A stretch of DNA of 64,000 nucleotides from assembly GCA_040274725.1 (NCBI GenBank), contig JBEMAQ010000012.1:18655-82654 (forward strand), given 5' to 3'. The translations under genes and the position numbers were made by a program. The notes under the pieces are model-generated. The model had not been told where the DNA came from and ran no database searches. It saw only the letters and a program-made list of their open reading frames with translations. Source of the stretch: Solibacillus sp. Lineage in GTDB: Bacteria > Bacillota > Bacilli > Bacillales_A > Planococcaceae. The first letter of the stretch is position 1. The number at the start of each line of letters is the position of its first letter. Below, in pieces: positions 44,926 to 54,899 of the stretch.

Positions 44926-46548
44926 TTAATTTTCTGAAATAGGTGAATACAGTTGAAAGTCGGCATAATTTGTCAACGCCACTGCATCACATTTCGCACG
45001 GTAATGGTCAAAGCCACCTAAATAAATAAGGAAACTACGCGGCTTTCCTTCAATGTTCGCCCCTGTATACCAAGAGTCACCTTTTGTATACAGCGTCATT
45101 TCCGCAACTTCGCGATTATGTTTACTCCATTCCTCCTCAGCTTCTTTTGTTGGCTCAATTGCATGAATATCATGCTTTTCCAAATAGTTGATACAGTCGC
45201 TAATAAAGTCAACATGTTGCTCGATTGCGGTCGGCATGACGACAATAACGGATGGGCTTTCCGGACCTGTAATCATAAAGAAATTTGGGAAATCATGTGT
45301 CGCTACACCTAGGAAGGTACGCACTTTACCGCCATCTTCCCATTTTTCATTTAGTGACACGCCGTTTCGTCCTTTAATGTTCATTCGCAGCAGGGGACCT
45401 GTCATACCGTCGTAGCCTGTTGCGTAAATAATGACATCTAGTGGTATTTCTTCTTTGGCCGTTTGAATACCTTGAGCGGTAACTTTTTCAATCGGTGTTT
45501 TACGTAAATTAACTAAACGAACATTCGAACGATTATACGTTTCATAATAGTTCGTCCCTAAAGTTAAGCGTTTAACACCATACATATAATTCGGTAATAG
45601 GGACTCTGCTGTGTCACGGTCTTGAACCGTCGACTTAATTTTGCCGCGTATAAAATCTGATACAAACGCGTTCGCTTGTTCATTGACCATTAAGTCATTA
45701 TACGTAGTCGTCATATGAAAACCACCAGTTGCCCATGCCTCTTCAAATACAGCCGCGCGTTCCTCTGCTGTATCTTCAAATACAGATTTATTGCGAATCG
45801 TTATCGCGCTACCTGAAGGAGAGTAGTGTAATAAATTACGCGCCGCTTCATAGCTATCCTTTGATTCCTCAATAAACTGCTGTGTATAGTCATAATTGTT
45901 TGCAGGTAAAACGTATTGTGCTGTGCGCTGAAATACGGTTAACTGTGCTGCAACTTTCGCCACCTCCGGGATGAGTTGTACACCACTAGAGCCTGTTCCA
46001 ATCACACCGACTCTTTTATTCGTAAGGTCGACAGGGGTTCTTGGCCATTTTCCTGTATGATAAGATTCGCCCTCAAATTGCTCTATTCCTTCGATTTTTG
46101 GTAAATTTGTTGCGGATAAACAGCCAACTGCAGAAATAAAATATTTCGTCGTTACAACCTCGCCATTTTTTAATGTTACGTCCCAAAGATTGTGCTGTTC
46201 ATCAAATATTGCACCGATAACTTGTGTATTAAATTGGATATCCTTTCGTAAATCGAATTCATCCGCTACGAAATTTAAGTAGTTTAAAATCTCTTGCTGC
46301 TTTGGGTATTTAGAAGTCCAATTCCACTTTTTATATAATTCTTCTGAAAACGTATAACAATAATAAATACTATCAATATCGCATTTTGCACCTGGGTACA
46401 AATTCCAGTACCATACACCACCAACTTCTGCACCTGCCTCATAGACAATCGCATGTAAGTTGGATTCTCGAAGCTTATGAAGCATGTAAAGTCCAGCAAA
46501 TCCTGCACCGACAACAACTGCATCTACTTGTTTTTTAGTTTGCATCAT
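44926..46548 (-). CDS. type I Baeyer-Villiger monooxygenase (cyclohexanone-monooxygenase-like)
   Basis: GAGFAGL, BVMO fingerprint FEGESYHTGKWP, second Rossmann GVIGTGSSG. 540 aa. Confidence 0.85.
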   Translation of the reverse strand: MMQTKKQVDAVVVGAGFAGLYMLHKLRESNLHAIVYEAGAEVGGVWYWNLYPGAKCDIDSIYYCYTFSEELYKKWNWTSKYPKQQEILNYLNFVADEFDLRKDIQFNTQVIGAIFDEQHNLWDVTLKNGEVVTTKYFISAVGCLSATNLPKIEGIEQFEGESYHTGKWPRTPVDLTNKRVGVIGTGSSGVQLIPEVAKVAAQLTVFQRTAQYVLPANNYDYTQQFIEESKDSYEAARNLLHYSPSGSAITIRNKSVFEDTAEERAAVFEEAWATGGFHMTTTYNDLMVNEQANAFVSDFIRGKIKSTVQDRDTAESLLPNYMYGVKRLTLGTNYYETYNRSNVRLVNLRKTPIEKVTAQGIQTAKEEIPLDVIIYATGYDGMTGPLLRMNIKGRNGVSLNEKWEDGGKVRTFLGVATHDFPNFFMITGPESPSVIVVMPTAIEQHVDFISDCINYLEKHDIHAIEPTKEAEEEWSKHNREVAEMTLYTKGDSWYTGANIEGKPRSFLIYLGGFDHYRAKCDAVALTNYADFQLYSPISEN

Positions 46549-46641
46549 GATCCCTCCTTTGAGTGTACATTCATTTTAATAAATGTTCTAAAAATTGAAA
46601 ATCCTCCTAAATTAGGGTAATCTATACTCAAATAAGGGGGA

Positions 46642-47340
46642 ATGAGTTTGCAATTAGCTACTACCTTTTCAAACTACTTTTTTTCATTGCGTAGTATTCC
46701 ATCACAAGAAGAATTATTTGTAAAATTACTAGATTTATATGTACACAGTTTTCCGGTGAGAAGTGCTTATTTACTTCGTTATTCACCAATTGGCCATATT
46801 GGGGAGGGGATTATTGCATTTACATTGAATGACCACAAATTTATTACGCATTATGTAGAGGATGTCCGGAACGTACCGATTATTATGCAGGCACTACAAG
46901 AACGGCGAGCGCTTTATGTAAAAGGAATCGATTATTTAAAATCAATGCCTAGCAAATATATTTCAAATAAAGAGTCTGAGCAATTTATCATCGTCCCAAT
47001 CTTCCATGGTAATGTATCACTCGGTTATATATGTGGGGATGAATTTGACGAAGGTTTCCAAATTTCGAACGCTTTATTGGAAGCGTTTACATCATTTGGT
47101 CGCTTAACAGGCGAACTATTTGTGACAAAAAATCAAGGTTTAAACGATTGCCCTTTAAGTAAGCGCGAACTTGAGGTCATGCAACATGTCGCACTAGGGG
47201 AAAGTACAAAAGAAATTGCCGCTGCTCTTCATATAAGTGATTTGACGGTGAATCAATATATTAAAGCCGCCATCAAAAAAATGCAGGCGCAAAATCGGGT
47301 TGAAGCCATTGTAAAGCTTTGTAAATTGGGGTGGATTTAA
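46642..47340 (+). CDS. LuxR-family regulator (GAF-like N-domain plus LuxR HTH)
   Basis: C-terminal LSKRELEVMQHVALGESTKEIAAALHISDLTVNQYIKAAIKKM. Divergent from the BVMO operon. Confidence 0.75.
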   Translation: MSLQLATTFSNYFFSLRSIPSQEELFVKLLDLYVHSFPVRSAYLLRYSPIGHIGEGIIAFTLNDHKFITHYVEDVRNVPIIMQALQERRALYVKGIDYLKSMPSKYISNKESEQFIIVPIFHGNVSLGYICGDEFDEGFQISNALLEAFTSFGRLTGELFVTKNQGLNDCPLSKRELEVMQHVALGESTKEIAAALHISDLTVNQYIKAAIKKMQAQNRVEAIVKLCKLGWI

Positions 47341-47514
47341 GAAAAGCTGTTCTTCGTCTTTTGATTTTACTATATAAGTTGAACTTTAAAACCGAACCCG
47401 CAAACGATCAATTACAGCTTATTTATTCAGATTTTGATAACACACAAATTGACGGGCAACGAGTTTAATTTGCTGTGTACTTAAAAAAAGACAATATTAA
47501 TCAGAGCGTAATGA

Positions 47515-47557
47515 AAAAGTGGATTCATACTAAATTTTTTAGTATGAATCCACTTTT
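47515..47557. terminator. perfect 18-bp-stem hairpin (bidirectional terminator-like)
   Basis: aaaagtggattcatacta (47515-47532) pairs with tagtatgaatccactttt (47540-47557). Confidence 0.7.
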
Positions 47558-47620
47558 AATTTGTCATAAATCTATAAAATCAAAATTAATTACAAGGGAT
47601 TTTCAAGATTTATTAGTTTT

Positions 47621-47731
47621 TCAGCATTCTCTATTAATCACACTGTCTTTCCACCATTTCCACAAGCCTTCAATTAAATTTAGTTGCGGGCTATATGGTG
47701 GTAAAAAGACAAGTCGAAGTCGATTATTATG
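47621..47731 (-). pseudogene. IS630/Tc1-mariner-family transposase C-terminal remnant
   Basis: The minus-strand frame reads ..RLRLVFLPPYSPQLNLIEGLWKWWKDSVINREC*. This is the canonical FLPPYSP.LNPIE..W block. Nothing upstream of it is present. Confidence 0.65.
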
Positions 47732-47736
47732 AACAA

Positions 47737-48096
47737 ATGCGTGCGTTAAAGCATTGTTACGATGAAATTAATGAAGAGGTTATTTTACTAAAAAGTCGAA
47801 TGCATGCCCTTTTACATCTGAGTTTTCCAGAACCCGAGAAACTCATTACACTAAGTTCAGCACTATTCTTAAATATTGTCCAATTGTATCCGCATCTAGC
47901 TCTTCTGTTAGCGCATTCGAAAGTGGTGATTAAAAATCGTTTGAAGGCCAATACACGAAAAAATCTTTCATTGGTGCGTGCAGAGGTGAAAGCAGAAGTA
48001 TTATTGGAGGTAGCACACAATATTATGGTGATTACGATTTCTGAGCTGGTAATGCGGATTCATAATCGTCTAGTACAGACATTTCGAAAAAAATAA
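47737..48096 (+). pseudogene. IS110-family transposase internal fragment
   Basis: ..MRALKHCYDEINEEVILLKSRMHALLHLSFPEPEKL...ALFLNIVQLYPH...VIKNRLKANTRKNLS.. resembles the central region of IS110-family enzymes. The N-terminal catalytic part is missing and the C-terminus diverges. Confidence 0.5.
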
Positions 48097-48457
48097 AAAT
48101 CGTGAGGTTTATTTGGCATGTGCATTTTTTTGAGAGGGAGGTGGGATATGTGTTGCTTGATTACGGTTTACATTATTCATAGATGTCGACTATAGATACA
48201 ATAGATAAACTGATATTGTAATTATAAATGAAATAGTTTTATAATTTATATTATACTGTAAATTCTGAAAATTGATTTACGGCAGTTTTACTGATTATGA
48301 GATTTCAAATGTAAGCGTTTTAATTTTTGATTATTTAAGGAGGTAATTCGAAAAAGAAAAGCGGGATTTAGAAATTATAACTCTGTTTATAAATAGGATT
48401 ACAGTTTTATTAAGGGAATTTAACGTGAATATTTATCGGAATTTTTAGTAGGATAAG

Positions 48458-48652
48458 CAAAATTGGCAGTTCGGGAAATGGTTGAAGCAGCACTTGAACA
48501 TCAAAAAGTTCTACGCTCAAAGTGAACAAGGCGTGCATAATCAAGTGTACATTGCGATGATTGTCTATTGCCTGCATGTGTTGGCACAATTGAACATGAA
48601 CAGCTCAAAAACGTACTTAAAAATTAGTCGTTTATTGAAGGCAGACCCGTAG
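48458..48652 (+). pseudogene. IS4-like DDE transposase C-terminal remnant
   Basis: QNWQFGKWLKQHLNIKKFYAQSEQGVHNQVYIAMIVYCL matches the conserved RWQIE.FFKW.KQ.L.IK.F.G.S.NAV..Q tail. It is preceded by an in-frame stop. Confidence 0.6.
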
Positions 48653-49087
48653 AAATCCGCTCATCTCTGGATTCGAAAAATCGCAGGAAAAGCTGTCCCA
48701 TAAAGGGGTTACCGTTTTTATCGCACTCGTCAAAGGTTATAGTAAAAAAATGGATGATTACTACCTCTGTTCAAGTGTCTTTGTTTTTCTTCTCAAATGA
48801 AAAATAAATAAAACAGGAAATTCAGTTAAAATATACGCGACGGTAGTGAACCTTTTTGAATTTTTTTATTTAGTTTCATATGTATCTATATACTATCGCG
48901 AAAAATTTCGCTTTTTGTATGAATAGTTTTGAAAACGCTAACAATTATCTCCAAACATTTTTGAACCCATTACCAATTTATCGTAAGCAAATTAGTGAGG
49001 TGGTTAATAATACTAATAATTGTTCGCAGGAGCTAATATTTGTCTTACACAAGATGAAAAAATACAAGATTACAAGGGGGATTTTAC

Positions 49088-50383
49088 ATGCGTTGGGTTG
49101 TATTAGGGTTTCTATTCTTACTATCTGTTTTAAATTATACGGATAAATCCGTTTTAGGATTAGCCGCAGAACCGATTATGTCTGAACTAAATTTATCCTA
49201 CGATCAGTTTGGGTTAATAGGAAGTAGCTTCTTCGCTGCATACGCTGTCGGGGGTATTGTTTTAGGTACATTAACGTATCGCTTCAATTCAAAATATTTA
49301 TTAATGATGATTGCTACTGGATGGACGCTTTCGTTAGCAAGTGCTTATTTTGTAGAAACGTTAACACACTTAATTTTACTCCGAGTTGTTCTAGGTTTCT
49401 TCGAGGGTAGTACGCTCAGTATGTGTCTTGTACATCTTGCACGATGGTTCACAAGTTCACAACGTGGTACCGCAACAGCGATTATGACGTCTGGTACAAC
49501 AGTGGGAACATATTTAGCTGCACCACTATTAGTAATGGGGATTACAAACTTCGGTTGGCAACACACATTCGCATTGTTAGGGGTCGCAAGTCTTGTCTGG
49601 GCAATCTTCTTCTTCTTTATGCGGGACGAGCCAAAGCAACCACTCGTCGAGGACGTAAAATCTTTAGCTTTGAACAAAGAAGTACCGTTTAAGCATATTT
49701 TAAAATTATTTATTAACCCTTATGTGATATCAATTTTTGTAATAGGTTTCGTATCCATGTGGATCACTACGTGGGTCCTTACATGGGCACCTACTTACCT
49801 AACGCAAATCGTTGGTCTGGAGTCACAAAATATGAGCTTAATATTCGCTGCAATGGGGATTACAGGTACAGTATTTGCGATTTGTGCAGGTAAATTTACA
49901 GATTTCTTATTTAAGAAAAATAAAAGCCTTGTCAACTCGTATGACCGTGTATTAGTTACAGTATTACTGATAGGTGCAGTTTCTTATGCCATGACAACCG
50001 TTATATCTTCACCCGTGTTAGCATGTCTTTTCTTAGGGGTAGGCTTAATAATGAACACTAGCTTATTACCGTTAAATGCAGCGATTACAACATTGATTAT
50101 TCCCAGAAAACTGGTAGGAAGTATCACAGGTATTTATTTAGCTACTTCAAGTATGGCTGGTATAATTGGTCCATGGATTACTGGTTACTTAATTACACTT
50201 GCAGGAGATGATATTCGCGCGGGCTTTAACGCAGGGGTGTTAATTATCGTTAGTTTATATGTTGTAACGGCCATCGTGTTAGTAGTTACTCGTAAATTAA
50301 AAATTACAGCTACTGAAAAAGAAGATGCAAGTCGTGCTACTGAAGAGGACGAATTAAAATTAGACGTTGCTGTTGAACAATAA
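49088..50383 (+). CDS. MFS transporter (anion:cation symporter-like, putative organic acid uptake)
   Basis: 431 aa, 12 TM. RBS aaggggga plus 6 nt. N-terminus LNYTDKSVLGLAAEPI is typical of ACS-type MFS proteins. Confidence 0.7.
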   Translation: MRWVVLGFLFLLSVLNYTDKSVLGLAAEPIMSELNLSYDQFGLIGSSFFAAYAVGGIVLGTLTYRFNSKYLLMMIATGWTLSLASAYFVETLTHLILLRVVLGFFEGSTLSMCLVHLARWFTSSQRGTATAIMTSGTTVGTYLAAPLLVMGITNFGWQHTFALLGVASLVWAIFFFFMRDEPKQPLVEDVKSLALNKEVPFKHILKLFINPYVISIFVIGFVSMWITTWVLTWAPTYLTQIVGLESQNMSLIFAAMGITGTVFAICAGKFTDFLFKKNKSLVNSYDRVLVTVLLIGAVSYAMTTVISSPVLACLFLGVGLIMNTSLLPLNAAITTLIIPRKLVGSITGIYLATSSMAGIIGPWITGYLITLAGDDIRAGFNAGVLIIVSLYVVTAIVLVVTRKLKITATEKEDASRATEEDELKLDVAVEQ

Positions 50384-50487
50384 AATTTAACTTCTTTTAG
50401 TAAATTCTTTTGTACCATAAGCAAAGCGATAGGTACAGAAGTCCCTCATGGGGGATAGATGTCCAGGTTCGCTATTTCAGTGGGCGT

Positions 50488-50619
50488 TCAAACATTCGCT
50501 GAAAGCTGGACTCGGGTTAGCCGATGAATCCGCTTGGCAATGGCACGAATGGAGTAGCCTAATTCAAGATAAGTTTCTATTTTCGAACGTTCAGATATGG
50601 TAAGATGAGTATAGCTCAT
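50488..50619 (-). pseudogene. IS30-family transposase N-terminal remnant
   Basis: RBS gaggagg then MSYTHLTISERSKIETYLELGYSIRAIAKR.., the classic IS30 HTH start. The frame then degenerates and stops after 43 codons. Confidence 0.65.
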
Positions 50620-50799
50620 AACGATTCCTCCTCTAATGTTTGTGTGGTAACTAACATTTTACACGAGGTCGTTATGGGCTTCTTTTATTTTGACTTACAA
50701 GTGTTGCACTTAATATTACAATTCATTGTTTTATAAATATCTGATTTAGGGATACAGAGCAGAAATGAACATCTGCTTCGTATCCTTTTTTAATGGATT

Positions 50800-51684
50800 T
50801 CAATTGAATGTGACATTATAGCTTTGAAGCAAGTGATTAATAAATGCATCCATCGTGCTATCTTTATAAGCGTTTTTTCGATAAACAAGGCCGATTGTTT
50901 TTTGCGGTTTAGGGTTGACGATGGGAATTTTCTTTATTGTTACGTTGTTTCTACTTTCAAGATAGGAGTGCGGTAAAATAGTTGCAAATTTATTGAATTG
51001 AATCATTTCGAGCAATGAATCTAACGAGTTTAGTTCAATTTTAGGGCGAAGTGAAAATCCTTCTTGAATACACAACTGGTCGATGAACTGACGAATCAAA
51101 TAACGCTGCGTTAGGAAGGTTAAAGGGATACTGTTCAATTCTTTAAAAGAAATAGCTTCTAATTGTGCAAGCTCATGCTGTGCAGAAACTACGATAAAAA
51201 ATTCTTCCATAAAGAGTGGGCTAAAATCAATTTGGTCATTTTGAATTTCGTCAAAAATAACGCCTAAATTCACTTCATTATTTAAAAGCCCCGTGATGGT
51301 TTCCTCTGTTGTTAGCGCCTGAATAGACAACTCAATTTCAGGATATTTTTGATTGAAAGAAATAACAGATGGTGTAATCAAATGATTACCAGAGCAGCTA
51401 ATAGAAAGCTTGCCACGCTTAAGCCCCTGAATTTCTTTAATCTTAAGATTCGCTTGATCTAATTCATAAAATACCTTTTGGCTATGCCCCAATAAAATAT
51501 GCCCTGCTTGCGTAATATATGTTTTTCTTCCTACGCGTTTAAAGAGTGGTGTACCTACGTAACTTTCTAATAATTTAATTTGATGACTTAATGTAGGCTG
51601 ACTAATCCTCAATGTTTCAGCGGCCTTTGTGAAATGTTGGTACTCGCAAACAGCTAAAAAATATTCTAAAAGACGTAGTTCCAT
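50800..51684 (-). CDS. LysR-family transcriptional regulator
   Basis: ATG 51684 follows gaggagg plus 6 nt. MELRLLEYFLAVCEYQHFTKAAETLRISQPTLSHQIKLLE. Confidence 0.85.
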   Translation of the reverse strand: MELRLLEYFLAVCEYQHFTKAAETLRISQPTLSHQIKLLESYVGTPLFKRVGRKTYITQAGHILLGHSQKVFYELDQANLKIKEIQGLKRGKLSISCSGNHLITPSVISFNQKYPEIELSIQALTTEETITGLLNNEVNLGVIFDEIQNDQIDFSPLFMEEFFIVVSAQHELAQLEAISFKELNSIPLTFLTQRYLIRQFIDQLCIQEGFSLRPKIELNSLDSLLEMIQFNKFATILPHSYLESRNNVTIKKIPIVNPKPQKTIGLVYRKNAYKDSTMDAFINHLLQSYNVTFN

Positions 51685-51701
51685 AGGGTTCCTCCTCAAT
51701 C

Positions 51702-51716
51702 ATAGATAGCATCTAT
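51702..51716. promoter_or_regulatory. T-N11-A type dyad (candidate LysR box)
   Basis: ATAGAT-agc-ATCTAT, 18 nt upstream of the lysR start, in the divergent intergenic region. Confidence 0.4.
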
Positions 51717-51844
51717 CGTTATCATACAAAATATAGCATTGTACCGAGAGTTTAGTCTAGATATACTTTTAAAAACACGAAGTAGAAAATTATTGTTTTT
51801 ATTAGCTTAAATAGATATAAAACGATAAATAGGAGGCGTTCTAT

Positions 51845-53635
51845 TTGAATATTGAAGAACAAGTAATAACAGATGAGCAACAAGCTGAAATACAAAATCT
51901 TTTAGGGAAATATACTGGCGCTAGCGCATTAATGGAAGCGCTAACAGAAGCAGGTGTATCTAACATATTTGCTAATTTAGGAAGTGACCATCCAGCAATT
52001 ATCGAAAGTTGGGCACAGGCTAAATTACAAAATAAAGAGATTCCAAATATCATTATATGTCCACATGAATTTGTGGCGATTAGCGCAGCGCATGGCTATG
52101 CACAAGTTACAGGAAAAGCACAGGCAGTCATTGTGCATGTTGATTGTGGAACACAAAATTTAGGTGGTGGTATTCACAACGCAGCTGTGGGACGTGTACC
52201 AATATTCATTTTTGCTGGGGCTTCACCATTTACACAAGATGGTGAAATGCTTGGTGGGCGCAATGAGTTTATTCATTGGCTACAAGATGTTTCCGACCAA
52301 CGAGGGATTGTTCGTGAATATGTGAAATATGATAACGAAGTACGCACAGGAAAAAATATTAAACAATTAGTGCATCGCTCGTTACAAATCTCTCAAAGCG
52401 AGCCAAAGGGACCTGTTTATTTAATGGCTGCACGAGAGGCTCTTGAAGAAAGTGTTGAGCCCGTAAAGATTGACGTGGAGCGTTGGGGTACTATTACACC
52501 ATTGGCTGTCCATCCAGACGTAATCAAAGAGTTAGGTGAAGATTTACTACAAGCGAAAAAGCCGCTGATTGTGACGTCTTTCTTAGGAAGAAACAATCAA
52601 GCGGTCGATGAACTAGTGAAACTAAGTGAAACATTGGCTATCCCAGTCATTGAATCGTCGCCAAACTACGTGAATTTCCCAGCAAATCATCCACTGCATG
52701 TCGGCTATCAATGGAATGCTCAAAAGCAAAATGATTTTCTAGCACAGGCGGACTTAATTCTAATTTTAGATAGTGATGTTCCTTGGATTCCGCTTGTAAA
52801 TAAGCCGGCAAGCGATTGTAAAATTTACTATGTAGACATTGACCCATTGAAGGAAAATACACCGCTTTGGTATATCCCATCAAAACGGTTTATTCAGGCG
52901 GATTCCTATACAGCGCTGCAACAGCTAAACGGCTGGCTTGAACAAGCACCTATTAAAGCTACTGTAGTTGAACAACGTTATACGAAATATAAAATAATTC
53001 ATGACAAGCAGCGTCAAGGTTGGAAAAAAGAGGCGCAACTCAAAAAGCAAAGTGTCATTACCGCGGAATTTTTAATCGCTACATTAAATGAAGTCGTTGA
53101 TGATGACACGATTATTTTGAATGAGGCCATTACGAATTATGAAAATGTTTGTAAGCATTTAGGACGCAGCATACCTGGTACTTACTTTGCGAGTGGTGCA
53201 AGCTCACTTGGTTGGAACGGTGGCGCCGCGATTGGTGCGAAATTAGCAGCGCCAGAAAAGACGATTATTAGCTTAACTGGTGACGGAACATATATGTTTA
53301 GTAATCCAACACCTGTACATTGGGTGGCAAAAAAATATAACACCCCATTCCTAACGATTGTCTTTAACAATAAAGGGTGGGGCGCACCTCGCCAATCTAC
53401 ATTAGGCGTACATCCAAATGGTTTGGCTAATGCAACAGATCAGTTTTGGGTGAATTTTGATTCAACGGTCGAATATGCAAAAGTTGCAGAAGCAGCAGGT
53501 GGTGCATATGCACGTAAGGTTGAAAAACCTAGTGAAGTACGTGAAGTATTAATTGAAGCGTTAGAGATTGTACGTAGTGGTCGCTCCGTTGTGTTAGATG
53601 TAGCTATTCCACAAGTTTCAAATCAAATGATTTAA
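51845..53635 (+). CDS. thiamine-diphosphate-dependent enzyme (acetolactate-synthase-like fold; substrate unknown)
   Basis: 596 aa with a TTG start after aggagg. N-terminal PYR domain (GSDHPAII..HEFVAISAAHGYAQVTG) and C-terminal PP domain (LTGDGTYMFSNPT...NN.GWG). Confidence 0.75.
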   Translation: MNIEEQVITDEQQAEIQNLLGKYTGASALMEALTEAGVSNIFANLGSDHPAIIESWAQAKLQNKEIPNIIICPHEFVAISAAHGYAQVTGKAQAVIVHVDCGTQNLGGGIHNAAVGRVPIFIFAGASPFTQDGEMLGGRNEFIHWLQDVSDQRGIVREYVKYDNEVRTGKNIKQLVHRSLQISQSEPKGPVYLMAAREALEESVEPVKIDVERWGTITPLAVHPDVIKELGEDLLQAKKPLIVTSFLGRNNQAVDELVKLSETLAIPVIESSPNYVNFPANHPLHVGYQWNAQKQNDFLAQADLILILDSDVPWIPLVNKPASDCKIYYVDIDPLKENTPLWYIPSKRFIQADSYTALQQLNGWLEQAPIKATVVEQRYTKYKIIHDKQRQGWKKEAQLKKQSVITAEFLIATLNEVVDDDTIILNEAITNYENVCKHLGRSIPGTYFASGASSLGWNGGAAIGAKLAAPEKTIISLTGDGTYMFSNPTPVHWVAKKYNTPFLTIVFNNKGWGAPRQSTLGVHPNGLANATDQFWVNFDSTVEYAKVAEAAGGAYARKVEKPSEVREVLIEALEIVRSGRSVVLDVAIPQVSNQMI

Positions 53636-53679
53636 GTAGTTGTTTCCATAAAAAAAATTAATGGTTAGGAGGAGTTTAC

Positions 53680-54897
53680 ATGTCAGGTATTCTATCAGGA
53701 ATTACAGTAGTTGATTTAACCCAAAATATTGCTGGTCCATTTTGTACACAAATTTTAGGGGATTTTGGCGCGACAGTTATTAAAATTGAAAAACCAGAGA
53801 GCGGTGATGATACGAGACAATGGGGAGGAGAGGGGATACGCGTAGGTGAATCTGCAGCATTTATGGCGATGAATCGCAATAAAAAAAGTATCGCAGTGGA
53901 TTTACGTAGTCCAAAAGGTGTTGAAATGGTCTATGAACTGGTTAAAAAAGCGGATATTTTCGTTCATAGTATGAAGCCGTCAACAGCGAATAAAAATGGT
54001 TTTAGCTTTGAAAAAATTATTGAGTTAAACCCAAAGATTATCTACGGCGCTATTAGTGCATTCGGTGAAGTTGGTCCGATGCAAATGTTACCAGGTTATG
54101 ACCCATTGATTCAAGCGTATTCAGGCATTATGAGTGTAACAGGTAATGCAGGAGAGAATCCGGTTCGTGTAGGTGTGTCGATTAATGATATGGGTTCAGG
54201 TATGTGGTTAGCGATGGGGATTTTAGCGGCACTTCACAAACGTACTATTACAGGAAAAGGAAGTAAAGTATCGAATAGTTTATTAGAGACAGGCGTAGCT
54301 TGGGGAAGCCTTCAATTATCTACGTATATGGAGTCAGGCAAAGTACCACAAAAAATGGGTTCTGCAATGCCAATTATTTCACCTTATGAGGCTTTCCAAA
54401 CGAACGACGGTTGGGTCATGATCGCGGCTGGAAATAATCGTTTATTTGAAAATTTATGCAACTCGTTACAGTTAGAAGAGCTTGCAACAGACGAACGCTT
54501 TATTACGAATACAGAACGTGTGAAAAACCGCTATGTCTTACATGATCTCATTGAAAATGAAACATTAAAATATGCTGTACCGGACCTAGTGCCTATTTTA
54601 CGTCAATTTAATATCCCATGTAGCCCGATTAACTCGTTGGATCAATTATTGACAGATGAGCAGGTTAACGCATTAGAGCTAATTAAAGAGATTGAGCATA
54701 GCCGGATTGACGATTTTAAAGTGGTGGATATTCCAATTAGTATTGATGGGGAACGTAGTACGTTACAATCGATTCCACCGCTATTAGGTGAGCATAGTGA
54801 AGAGATTTTAAATGAGCTTGGGTATTCACGTGAAGAAATTGAGCAACTGACATCGGAGAAAGTAATCGGTGTACTTGAAAAAGTAGGGAGGCAGTAA
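53680..54897 (+). CDS. family III CoA-transferase (CaiB/BaiF/Frc-like)
   Basis: GITVVDLTQNIAGPFCTQILGDFGATVIKIEKPESGDDTRQWG. 405 aa. Confidence 0.85.
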   Translation: MSGILSGITVVDLTQNIAGPFCTQILGDFGATVIKIEKPESGDDTRQWGGEGIRVGESAAFMAMNRNKKSIAVDLRSPKGVEMVYELVKKADIFVHSMKPSTANKNGFSFEKIIELNPKIIYGAISAFGEVGPMQMLPGYDPLIQAYSGIMSVTGNAGENPVRVGVSINDMGSGMWLAMGILAALHKRTITGKGSKVSNSLLETGVAWGSLQLSTYMESGKVPQKMGSAMPIISPYEAFQTNDGWVMIAAGNNRLFENLCNSLQLEELATDERFITNTERVKNRYVLHDLIENETLKYAVPDLVPILRQFNIPCSPINSLDQLLTDEQVNALELIKEIEHSRIDDFKVVDIPISIDGERSTLQSIPPLLGEHSEEILNELGYSREEIEQLTSEKVIGVLEKVGRQ

Positions 54898-54899
54898 CA

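Noticed and set aside
47475-47732. 85-aa plus-strand ORF
   Set aside because: It runs through the perfect 18-bp hairpin and is antisense to the IS630 remnant. It is not coding.
48880-49146. 88-aa ORF upstream of and overlapping the MFS gene start
   Set aside because: It is AT-rich with no RBS. The MFS gene has a clear RBS and start at 49088 in another frame.
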